DNA from: an uncultured Verrucomicrobiae bacterium
GTDB taxonomy: Bacteria > Verrucomicrobiota > Verrucomicrobiia > Chthoniobacterales > Chthoniobacteraceae
Assembly: GCA_963769025.1 (NCBI GenBank)
Contig: CAVYKI010000006.1
Span: 128,001 to 192,000 of the forward strand
DNA length: 64,000 nt
Direction of reading: 5' to 3'
Shown here: positions 13,328 through 22,670 of the stretch, in pieces
How positions within the stretch are numbered: the stretch's first letter is position 1
How the letters are laid out: each line of letters starts with the position of its first letter
Program-made: the position numbers and the translations under genes
The notes under the pieces: generated by a model
The model's input: only the letters and a program-made list of their open reading frames with translations
The model's database searches: none
What the model was told of the DNA's origin: nothing

Positions 13328-14521
13328 ATGTTTGAGCGCACCAAAATTTCGCTGGTCCTCACGCTGATCCTTTTCGGCGTCGCCTCATGGGCGCTCGGGC
13401 ATTACAAGGTGCCGGACGACTCGGGGAACATGGTGACGCTGATCGAGGCCTACGCGTACTACTACGACATCCTCATCGGCATCGGCATCGCGATCGTGCT
13501 CGCGGCGAGCCTGAACCTCGTGAACGGCCACACCGGGCAGTTTTCGCTGGGGCACGCGGGCTTCATGGGGATTGGCGCATACTTCGCGAGCATGGTCACG
13601 CTCGGCATCCAGATTCCGCTTGTGCCGTATCCGGAGTTTGCCGGAGCCACTGCGTGGATGGCGGCATTGAAAGGGATCGGGTGGGTGCTTTCGCTCGCGG
13701 TGAATTCCGTGCTCAGCCTGCTGAATGCCTGGGTCGGCGCCGCGAACCAGTTGCCGCACCCGGTGCAATTTGTCGCCGCGCTGCTCGTCGGCGGCCTCGC
13801 TGCGGCGGTCGCGGGGCTGCTCGTGGGCGTGCCGTCGCTGCGGCTGAAGGGCGATTACCTCGCCATCGTCACGCTTGGCTTCAACGAAATCATCCGCGTG
13901 GTCATTCAAAATGCCGAACCGCTCGGCGCCCAGCGCGGCCTCGGCGGAATGACGCTGACCACGAACTTATTTTGGACGTTCAGCACCGCGGCGCTGACGA
14001 TCTACGTCGTGTGGAATCTCGTGCACTCGACCTACGGCCGGGGATTCATCGCCGTGCGCGATGACGAGATCGCCGCGGAGGCGATGGGCATCAATACGAC
14101 CAAATACAAGGTGCTCGCATTCGTGACCGCCGCATTTTTCGCGGGCCTCGCCGGCGGTCTCTACGCGCACTTCAAGCAGTTCATCACGCCGGACGGCTTC
14201 GGATTCATGAAGTCGGTGGACATCGTGGTGATGGTGATCCTCGGCGGCATGGGCAGCACCGTCGGCGTCTGCATCGCGGCCGCCTTGCTGACGATTCTGC
14301 CGGAAGCGCTGCGCTTCTTCGCGCAGTCGGAGGCGCTGGAGAAAATGACGCATTTCTTCACGGGCGGAATGTCCCCCGAAAGTCAGGCAAAGGCCTTGGA
14401 GCGCGTGCAGGACCTTTTTGCGAACCGCATGATCTTCTACTCGCTCCTGCTGATCATGATCATGCTGCTGCGACCGCAGGGCCTGTTCGCCGGATGGGGC
14501 AGAAAGGCGGTGCGCAAATGA
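13328..14521 (+). CDS. livM: BCAA ABC transporter permease
   Basis: LNLVNGHTGQFSLGHAGF, LRLKGDYLAIVTLGF, RDDEIAA, VILGGMG. Confidence 0.93.
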   Translation: MFERTKISLVLTLILFGVASWALGHYKVPDDSGNMVTLIEAYAYYYDILIGIGIAIVLAASLNLVNGHTGQFSLGHAGFMGIGAYFASMVTLGIQIPLVPYPEFAGATAWMAALKGIGWVLSLAVNSVLSLLNAWVGAANQLPHPVQFVAALLVGGLAAAVAGLLVGVPSLRLKGDYLAIVTLGFNEIIRVVIQNAEPLGAQRGLGGMTLTTNLFWTFSTAALTIYVVWNLVHSTYGRGFIAVRDDEIAAEAMGINTTKYKVLAFVTAAFFAGLAGGLYAHFKQFITPDGFGFMKSVDIVVMVILGGMGSTVGVCIAAALLTILPEALRFFAQSEALEKMTHFFTGGMSPESQAKALERVQDLFANRMIFYSLLLIMIMLLRPQGLFAGWGRKAVRK

Positions 14522-15286
14522 AACCGCTCCTGCTGCTCGACAACGTGACCGTGCAATTCGGCGGTCTGAAGGCGGTCTCCGACGTGAGTTTCCACGTCTG
14601 CGAACGCGAGCTTTTCGGCCTCATCGGACCGAATGGCGCGGGGAAGACGACGATCTTCAACGCGGTCACCGGCGTCTATCAGCCGACCGGGGGGAGGATC
14701 ACGTTCGACGGCCGGGAGGTCGCCGGACGGCAGCCTTATGCGATCACGAAGCGTGGCATCGCACGGACTTTTCAAAACATCCGGCTCTTCGGCTCGATGA
14801 CCGTCTTCGACAATGTGCGGTGCGCCTGCAACATGCACCTCAACCACGGCATCTCGCATGCGCTGTGGCGCGGGAAAAAAGTCGCCGCGGAGGAGAAGGA
14901 CATCGAGGGACGCGTGATGGAACTGCTCGGCATTTTCGGTCTCGCGGCGCAGTACGAGTGGCCGTGCCGGAGCCTGCCGTACGGCGACCAGCGCCGGCTC
15001 GAAATCGTCCGCGCGCTCGCGACCCGCCCGAAGCTGCTGCTGCTCGACGAACCGGCCGCCGGCATGAACCCGGTGGAGAAGGTCGAGCTGATGAAGCTGA
15101 TCCGCTTTGTGCAGGAGAAATTCGGCCTCGCGGTGCTGCTGGTGGAGCACGACATGAAGGTCGTCATGGGCATCTGCGAACGCATCGCGGTGCTCGATTA
15201 CGGGGAGAAAATCGGCGAGGGCACGCCCGCGGAAATCCAGAAGAACCCGAAGGTCATCGCCGCGTATCTCGGACAGGAGGCGGAGC

Positions 15287-15294
<8 letters not shown>
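14518..15294 (+). CDS. livG: BCAA ABC transporter ATP-binding protein
   Basis: GPNGAGKTT, ARTFQNIRLF, LPYGDQRRLEI, LLDEPAAG. Confidence 0.95.
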
Positions 15295-15994
<700 letters not shown>

Positions 15995-16042
15995 GGTTTC
16001 GGAATTCCGCTGCGGCGTGCCCGGGAGTTACGGAAAATTTCG

Positions 16043-16079
16043 TTGACGGTCCGTGACGGCACTCTAGTTTCGCCGCCCC
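16043..16079 (+). promoter_or_regulatory. Putative sigma70-type promoter upstream of the NDK gene
   Basis: TTGACG-N16-TAGTTT followed by CGCCGCCCC. Confidence 0.55.
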
Positions 16080-16109
16080 GCAAGCTGAACCAAATTACCG
16101 AACACACGC

Positions 16110-16157
16110 AGCCTACGTTGAATGCTGAGCGATTTCAGCGGGCAACGTGGGCTTTTT
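16110..16157 (+). terminator. Terminator-like hairpin inside the NDK leader
   Basis: AGCCTACGTTG/CAACGTGGGCT outer stem (one G-U), inner GCTGA/TCAGC, then a T run ending 5 nt before the ATG. Confidence 0.4.
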
Positions 16158-16162
16158 AGTCC

Positions 16163-17332
16163 ATGGCAGTCGAACTTTCCTACGTCCTTCTCACGCCTTA
16201 CTCGATCCGCAAGTCGAGGACCGGCGGCATTGTCTCGCGCCTTCTTTCCCGCACCGGGCTGGAGCTTGTAGCGGCGCGCCTTTTTTCGCCGAGCGCGGAA
16301 CTGGTCGAGAAATACGCTGCGGGGATGGTGACGGACGAGGACCCGACCCACCGTGCCGCGCAGGAGACGATTCAGAAGTATGTGCGCAAGCATTTTTCCG
16401 CGAAGGAATCCGGCACGAAGCGCCGGGTGCTGATTCTCGTCTTCCGTGGCGAGGACGCAGTGAAGAAGGTGCGCGAGGTGGTCGGCCACATCCTGAACGA
16501 GCGCACGTCCGGTGAGACAATCCGCGACACGTTTGGCGACTACATCACTGACAAGGACGGCCGTGTGATTTATTTCGAACCCGCGGTGCTCACTGCGCCG
16601 GATGTGGCGAGCGCGCGCGCGGACCTGAAGCTGTGGGCGGAATACTCCGACAGCGATGGCGGGTTGCTGGAAAAGGCGATTGATTATCCGCCGACCGCGA
16701 CCGTCCAGAACACGCTCGTGCTCATCAAGCCGGACAACTTCCGCTTTCCGAATGCGCGCCCCGGCGGCGTGATCGATCTTTTCAGCCGCACGGGCCTCTA
16801 CATCATCGCGTGCAAGGTCCACCACATGAGTGTCGCGCAGGCCGAGGAATTTTACGGCCCCGTGCTCGCCGTGCTGCAGGACAAGCTCCGCGGTCGCGCC
16901 GGTGAGGTCGCGAAGAAGGCGCTGGAGCCGTTGTTTGAAATGAAGTTCACCCCCGAGGTGGAAAAGGCGCTTGGCGAAATCCTCGGGCCGATCAACGGAC
17001 GTGAGAGCTGGGAGGACATCGTCGAGTTCATGAGCGGCCGCCGCCCGAGCGAGTGCCCCGCCGATCTCCGCGACCAGCCCGGCACGGAGAAGTGCCTCGC
17101 GCTGATCTACCAGGGGGAGGACGCTGTGCGAAAAATCCGCGAAGTCCTCGGCCCCACGGATCCTGCGAAGGCCCCGCATGGAACCATTCGCCGCGAGTTT
17201 GGCCAGACCATCATGGTCAATGCCGCGCACGCTTCCGACGCGCCGGAGAATGCGCAGCGCGAGATGGGCATCATCCGCATCGAGGAGAACAATTTCCGAA
17301 CCCTGATCGAGGCATGGCTTGCCAAAAAGTAG
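16163..17332 (+). CDS. ndk: Two-domain nucleoside-diphosphate kinase family protein
   Basis: C-terminal domain NTLVLIKPD...GPTDPAKAPHGTIRREFG...NAAHASD; N-terminal repeat LSYVLLTPY...GETIRDTFG lacks the catalytic His motif. Confidence 0.8.
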   Translation: MAVELSYVLLTPYSIRKSRTGGIVSRLLSRTGLELVAARLFSPSAELVEKYAAGMVTDEDPTHRAAQETIQKYVRKHFSAKESGTKRRVLILVFRGEDAVKKVREVVGHILNERTSGETIRDTFGDYITDKDGRVIYFEPAVLTAPDVASARADLKLWAEYSDSDGGLLEKAIDYPPTATVQNTLVLIKPDNFRFPNARPGGVIDLFSRTGLYIIACKVHHMSVAQAEEFYGPVLAVLQDKLRGRAGEVAKKALEPLFEMKFTPEVEKALGEILGPINGRESWEDIVEFMSGRRPSECPADLRDQPGTEKCLALIYQGEDAVRKIREVLGPTDPAKAPHGTIRREFGQTIMVNAAHASDAPENAQREMGIIRIEENNFRTLIEAWLAKK

Positions 17333-17340
17333 GCCGCCCG

Positions 17341-17370
17341 ACCGCAACCGAAAACCGACAAACTGAAAAC
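17341..17370 (+). repeat. Degenerate ~7-bp tandem repeat
   Basis: ACCGCA-ACCGAAA-ACCGACA-AACTGAAA-AC between ndk and the aminotransferase. Confidence 0.35.
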
Positions 17371-17377
17371 ACCAACC

Positions 17378-18541
17378 ATGGAACTCGCTGAACGCGCCAC
17401 CATCCTCACTCCGTCCCTCACGCTCTCCATCGACAGCAAAGCCAAGGCGATGAAAGCCGAGGGCATCGACGTGTGCAGCTTCGGCGCGGGAGAGCCCGAC
17501 TTCGACACGCCCGACCACATCAAGCAGGCCGCCTCGGCCGCGCTGACCGCGGGCTTTACCAAATACACGCCGTCGAGCGGCATCCCCGAGCTGCGCCAGG
17601 CGATCAGCGAGAAGTTCAAGGCCGAGAACGGCATCGAATACTCGGCCAACCAGATCATCGTCAGCAACGGCGCGAAGCACTCGTGTCTCAATGCGATCCT
17701 CGCATGCGTCGGGCCCGGCGATGAGGTGATCATTCCCGCGCCGTACTGGCTGAGCTATCCCGAGATGGTGCGCATCGCGGGCGGCGAGCCGGTCATCGTG
17801 TCCACCAAGGAATCCAACGGCTGGAAGATGACCGCCGAGGAATTCGAGGACGCGATGTCGCCTCGCACGAAGATGGTCATCATCAATTCGCCCGGCAATC
17901 CGACCGGCGCCGTTTACACCGAGGAAGAGCTGCGAGCCATCGGCGAGGTCGCGCTCGGCGAAGACATCCTCATCCTCAGCGACGAAATCTACGAGAAGCT
18001 CACTTACGATGACGTGAAGCATGTCTCCATCGCCGCGCTCAGCAAGGAACTCTACGACCTCACCATCACCGTGAACGGCTTCAGCAAGAGCTACGCGATG
18101 ACTGGCTGGCGTCTCGGCTATCTCGGCGCGCCGGAGCAGATCGCGAAGGCGATCGACGCAATCCAGAGCCACTCGACGAGCGGTGCCACGAGCTTCGCTC
18201 AAAAGGGAGCGCTCGCCGCGCTCAAGGGCGACCAGCAGCCGGTCGAGGACATGCGTCAGGAGTTCGACATCCGCCGCCAGTACATGGTGGACCGGCTCCA
18301 GAAGATCAACCGCGTGACCGTCGTCGTGCCGCAGGGCGCGTTCTACGTCCTCGCGAACATCAGCGGGCTCGGCCTGAGCTCCACGAACTTCGCGGACCGC
18401 CTGCTCAGCAAGCATCATGTGGCCGTTGTCCCGGGCGTCGCCTTCGGTGATGACCGCACCGTGCGCCTGAGCTACGCGACGAGCCTCGACATCATCAAGC
18501 AGGGTCTCGACCGGTTCGAGGAATTCTGCCGCCAGCTGTAG
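17378..18541 (+). CDS. PLP-dependent class I/II (aspartate-type) aminotransferase
   Basis: GEPDFDTP, NSPGNPTG, SDEIYE, GFSKSYAMTGWRLGY, RLSYA. Confidence 0.93.
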   Translation: MELAERATILTPSLTLSIDSKAKAMKAEGIDVCSFGAGEPDFDTPDHIKQAASAALTAGFTKYTPSSGIPELRQAISEKFKAENGIEYSANQIIVSNGAKHSCLNAILACVGPGDEVIIPAPYWLSYPEMVRIAGGEPVIVSTKESNGWKMTAEEFEDAMSPRTKMVIINSPGNPTGAVYTEEELRAIGEVALGEDILILSDEIYEKLTYDDVKHVSIAALSKELYDLTITVNGFSKSYAMTGWRLGYLGAPEQIAKAIDAIQSHSTSGATSFAQKGALAALKGDQQPVEDMRQEFDIRRQYMVDRLQKINRVTVVVPQGAFYVLANISGLGLSSTNFADRLLSKHHVAVVPGVAFGDDRTVRLSYATSLDIIKQGLDRFEEFCRQL

Positions 18542-18561
18542 TCCTCGGCCGAGCCAGCATT

Positions 18562-19419
18562 TCAAGCGCCGCCAGTCGTGAGATTGGCGGCGCTTTCCTT
18601 TTCCCGTTCCACGGCTTCGAGCATTCGCAGCGACTGCACCGCCGCGCGGACATTGTGAACGCGGAAAATCAGCGCCCCTCGCAGGAAGCCCGCAGTGATG
18701 CACGCGACCGTGCCCGCATCGCGTTCCGCGGGCGGCAGTCCGAGCACGTCGCCGATGACGGTCTTGCGAGAGACGGGCAGGAGGATCGGCCGGCCGAAGC
18801 GATGCAGCCGTTCGAGATCCCGATAGATCCGCAGGTTGTCGTCGCGCTGCTTCGCGAAATCGATTCCTGGGTCGAGGACGATGGCTTCGCGCGCCAATCC
18901 CGCATTCTCGGCGAGCGCGATCCTTTCAGTGAAGAACTTGTCCAGACTTTGCATCACGTCTCCATAGCTGACATGCGTGTGCGGAATCTTTGGCGTGCCG
19001 ACCGTGTGCATGATGAGCAATGCCGCGCCGGTCCCGGCGCAGATGCGCGCATTCTCGTCCGACGGGAGGCCGCCGATGTCATTCAGGATGTCGCCTCCAG
19101 CCGCGAGGGCGATGCGCGCGACCTCGGGACGCCAGGTGTTGATCGAAAGGGGAATGCTCGCATCCCAGCGCTCGATGAAGCGGACGAGCTGCGCGGTTTC
19201 CTCAGCGGCGGGCAGCGCCTCGCGGTTCGTCCGAGCGCTCTCGGCGCCGATGTCCACGATGTCCGCGCCTTGCGCGACGAGCTGGTGCGCATGGGCGAGC
19301 GCAGCGTCGATTTCCGTGATGCCATCGCCGGAGAATGAGTCCGCGACGAGGTTCACGATGCCCATCACGAGCGCCGGACGCGGAAACTGAAACGTGAATC
19401 CCCGCGCGACCAGCTTCAT
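18562..19419 (-). CDS. folP: Dihydropteroate synthase
   Basis: MGIVNLVADSFSGDG, DIGAES, DPGIDFAK, SRK, FRVHNV. Confidence 0.9.
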   Translation of the reverse strand: MKLVARGFTFQFPRPALVMGIVNLVADSFSGDGITEIDAALAHAHQLVAQGADIVDIGAESARTNREALPAAEETAQLVRFIERWDASIPLSINTWRPEVARIALAAGGDILNDIGGLPSDENARICAGTGAALLIMHTVGTPKIPHTHVSYGDVMQSLDKFFTERIALAENAGLAREAIVLDPGIDFAKQRDDNLRIYRDLERLHRFGRPILLPVSRKTVIGDVLGLPPAERDAGTVACITAGFLRGALIFRVHNVRAAVQSLRMLEAVEREKESAANLTTGGA

Positions 19420-20229
19420 GGGAGCGGCACCGCCGAGCGTTTCCGGCGGGCGAAACGCAGCGTGTGCGTGTAGCCGCAGCCCTTTGCCAGCGCGATGGCC
19501 TCCTCGAATCCTGCACCGACATCGGCAGGGGTGTGTGCGTCGGAGTTGATCAGCAGCGGCACGCCGGCCGCGTGCGCGAGTTCGAGAAAGCCGCGTGCAG
19601 GATACACCTCGCGGCAGTCGCGCCGCAGTCCGGCGGTGTTGATCTCAAACGCCATGCCCGTCTCTGCGAGTGCCGCGACGGCCGGCTCGTAGAATCTCCG
19701 CAGGTCTCCCTTTGGAGTGATGCCGAATTTTTTCGGCAGATCCGGATGCGCGACGAAATCGAAGAGCCCGCTCCGGATGCACATCCCGTAACAGATCCCA
19801 GTAGTCGCTCCAGATTTCCTCCGCGTGCGCCTCATGCCGGCCGACGTATTTCGGGTGATCGACCTCCCAGCCTTTTCGCAGGTAGTGCACGCTTCCGATC
19901 AGGTAATCCCACTCCGCCATTCCCGCGAGTTCCTCGATCCACGCTTCCTGGCCGGGGATGAAATCGCATTCGAGCCCGAGCTTGATGTTGAGCTGCGGAA
20001 ACTTGGCGCGCGCGCTCGCGACTTCGTCGAAATATTGCGGCAGATCCTCGCGCAGCATCCGCCAGTCGTCGAAATACTGCGGCATGGGATTGTGGTCCGC
20101 GAAGCCCAGCTCCCCGAGGCCGCGCTCCACGGCCACGCGCGCATATTCGCCCGGCCATCCCTCCGCGTGGCGGCAGAGCGGCGTGTGGGTGTGATAATCG
20201 GCGAGCGCGGCGAGTGGTGTGGCGGGCAC
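19416..20229 (-). CDS. PHP-family histidinol-phosphatase (HisJ type), frameshift near 19790
   Basis: DYHTHTPLCRHA, FADHNP, GLECDF, IGSVHY, AHPDLPKK, EINTAGLR, SDAH. Confidence 0.88.
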
Positions 20230-20314
20230 GGGCGCATGTTCGCACGGTTGCCCCGGTCAAATGCCACACAAAATTCACTCGTCACCTCCCCAAGTCGCCA
20301 CGACAGTTCGGGCC

Positions 20315-21358
20315 ATGTTGCGTTTCGTAGAGACAGTTTATGAAAAGCTGAAACGGCACCCGAAGCGGATCGTTTTTCCGGAAGGCACCGAGCCTGCCGT
20401 CGTGCGGGCTGCCGGTCGTTTTGCCCGCATGGGTCTCGGTACGCCCGTGCTGCTCGGCCAGCGCGCCGATGTGGAGAAGGCAGCCGCCGCCGAGAAGGTC
20501 GATCTGAACCACGTCGGGATCGTGGATCCGGCGAAGTCGTCCGAGATGGAGACATTCATCCCGCGGCTCGAAAAGCTGAAGCGCTACCGTGACATGGGTT
20601 CCAGGCAGGCGCGCGAAATCCTCTCCCAGCCCAATTATTTTGCCGCGATGATGGTGCAGTACAACCTCGTGGACGGACTCGTCGTCGGCGCTGGCCTCAC
20701 GCCCGTGAGCACGCTCCGCCCGCTCATCCAGCTCATCAAGCCGCTGCCCGGCATCTCCACGATCTCGAGCTGCCAGATGCTCGACCTCAGCAACAAGCGC
20801 TACGGCGAGCGCGGCGTGATTTTCTTCGCCGACTGCGCCGTCATCCCCGAGCCCACGGTGGAGCAGCTCGCGCACATCGCCATCGAGACCGGCAAGGTCT
20901 GCCGCCAGCTCACCGGCAACAAGCCGCGCGTCGCCTTCCTCAGCTTCTCGAACAAGGGGGGGTCGCAGATCCCTGCGGTGCAGAAAATGGCCGCCGCCAC
21001 CGCCCTCGCAAAACAGCGTGCGCTGGAGGCCGGCCTCGAAATGGAGATCGACGGTGAGATGCAGGCCGATGCCGCGATTGTGCCGGACCTCGCGGCCATC
21101 AAGGCCCACGAAAGCCTCGTCGCGGGCAAGGCCAACGTCCTCATTTTCCCCGACCTGAATAGCGCGAACATCTCCTCCAAGCTTGTGAAGCATCTCGCCG
21201 GCGCGGAGGTTTACGGTCAGTTCCTGCTCGGTCTCTCGCGCCCGTGCGCGGACGTCTCGCGCGGTGCGACGGACGAGGAAATCCTCGGCGTCGCCGCCAC
21301 CGCCGGCCTGCTGGCGATACAATACCGGACGCTTTACCCCGAGCAGTCCGCGAGCTGA
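20315..21358 (+). CDS. pta: Phosphate acetyl/butyryltransferase catalytic domain
   Basis: KRIVFPEG, FADCAV, VAFLSFS, IDGEMQADAA, ANVLIFPDL, DVSRG. Confidence 0.85.
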   Translation: MLRFVETVYEKLKRHPKRIVFPEGTEPAVVRAAGRFARMGLGTPVLLGQRADVEKAAAAEKVDLNHVGIVDPAKSSEMETFIPRLEKLKRYRDMGSRQAREILSQPNYFAAMMVQYNLVDGLVVGAGLTPVSTLRPLIQLIKPLPGISTISSCQMLDLSNKRYGERGVIFFADCAVIPEPTVEQLAHIAIETGKVCRQLTGNKPRVAFLSFSNKGGSQIPAVQKMAAATALAKQRALEAGLEMEIDGEMQADAAIVPDLAAIKAHESLVAGKANVLIFPDLNSANISSKLVKHLAGAEVYGQFLLGLSRPCADVSRGATDEEILGVAATAGLLAIQYRTLYPEQSAS

Positions 21359-21370
21359 GGGCAGGGGCTG

Positions 21371-22462
21371 ATGAACAGTATCACCAAGCGGCTTTTCATC
21401 GCCGCCACCCAGCAGAACGACGGCAAGACCACCGTCTCGCTCGGCATCTTCGGCGCGCTGCGAAAACTCCAGGGGCGCATCGGATTCATCAAGCCCGTCG
21501 GCCAGCGCTTCGTGGAGATCCAGGGACACAAGATCGACGAGGACACGGTGCTCATCGACCAGACGTATGGCATCGGCTCGCCGCTCGAGGCGATCAGCCC
21601 GATCTCCGTGGAGCCGGATTTCACGCGGAAATTCATCCAGCAGGCAAACTCCGATCTCCTCGTCCGCCGCATCCAGAATTCCTTCGACCGCGCGGCGTGG
21701 GAAAAGGACTTCGTCATCATCGAAGGCACCGGCCACGCGGGAGTCGGCTCGGTCTTCGACCTTTCCAATGCGCATGTCGCAAAGCTTCTCAACAGCAAGG
21801 CCATCCTGATCACCCGCGGCGGAATCGGACGGCCCATCGACGAGATCGCGCTCAATCGCGCCTTGTTCAAGGAGGAGGGCGTCGAACTGCTCGGCGTGAT
21901 CCTCAACAAGGTGCGTCCCGATAAATTCGACCACGTGACGGAGTTTGCCCGCCGCGGATTCGAGCGGCTCGGCATCGAGCTGCTCGGCGCGATTCCCGCC
22001 GATCCGCTGCTCACGCACCCGACGCTCGGCGAGGTCTGCAAGGCGGTGAACGGCGAACTCATCAACGCGCGCGCAAGCTCTCGCCGGCTCGTGCGTCACG
22101 TGCTCATCGGCGACATGGGCGCGGCCCACCTGCTCACTTTGTTCCGCCCCGGCACGCTCGTCGTCACGCCCGGGGATCGCGGCGATGTCGTGCTCGCCGC
22201 ACTTTCGCACACCAGCAGGCACCCGCGGGGAATGTGCGGCCTCGTGATGAGCTACGGCTATCAGCCGCCCGAGAGCGTCATGAATCTCCTCCGCGAAAGC
22301 GATCTGCCGGTCATCACTTCGCCGCTCGACAGCTACAGCATCGCCAGCACGCTGCACTCCATGACCGTGAAAACGCTCCCCGGCGACAACGAGAAGATCC
22401 AGCGCATCCAGAGCCTCGTCGAGCAGCACGTGAATGTCGCCCGGATCGTCGAGAAGCTTTGA
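21371..22462 (+). CDS. BioD-like P-loop plus DRTGG domain protein (Pta N-terminal-like)
   Basis: QNDGKTT, FIKPVGQ, IIEGTGH, GVILNKV, VTPGDRGD. Confidence 0.85.
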   Translation: MNSITKRLFIAATQQNDGKTTVSLGIFGALRKLQGRIGFIKPVGQRFVEIQGHKIDEDTVLIDQTYGIGSPLEAISPISVEPDFTRKFIQQANSDLLVRRIQNSFDRAAWEKDFVIIEGTGHAGVGSVFDLSNAHVAKLLNSKAILITRGGIGRPIDEIALNRALFKEEGVELLGVILNKVRPDKFDHVTEFARRGFERLGIELLGAIPADPLLTHPTLGEVCKAVNGELINARASSRRLVRHVLIGDMGAAHLLTLFRPGTLVVTPGDRGDVVLAALSHTSRHPRGMCGLVMSYGYQPPESVMNLLRESDLPVITSPLDSYSIASTLHSMTVKTLPGDNEKIQRIQSLVEQHVNVARIVEKL

Positions 22463-22485
22463 CCGGGACCGCCGACCAATTTTTT

Positions 22486-22600
22486 TGAAACGCAGAGACT
22501 CGGAGACGCAGAGGGAGGCAAGACCGGTTCGGATATGCAACCCACGGTGGCTTGCGGTTCCGACCCTTCTTCCTCTGCGTCTCCGCTTCTCCGCGTTTCA
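22486..22600. repeat. Intergenic inverted-repeat element with triple 8-mer arms
   Basis: Left TGAAA-CGCAGAGA-CTCGGAGA-CGCAGAGG; right arm reverse-complemented TGAAA-CGCGGAGA-AGCGGAGA-CGCAGAGG (26/29 match). Confidence 0.75.
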
Positions 22601-22670
22601 TCGATCCGTGAGCGTCCATCGTTGCGGCTAAGGTGAAGGACCGCGCGTGGTGGAGAGAGCAGTGTCACGC

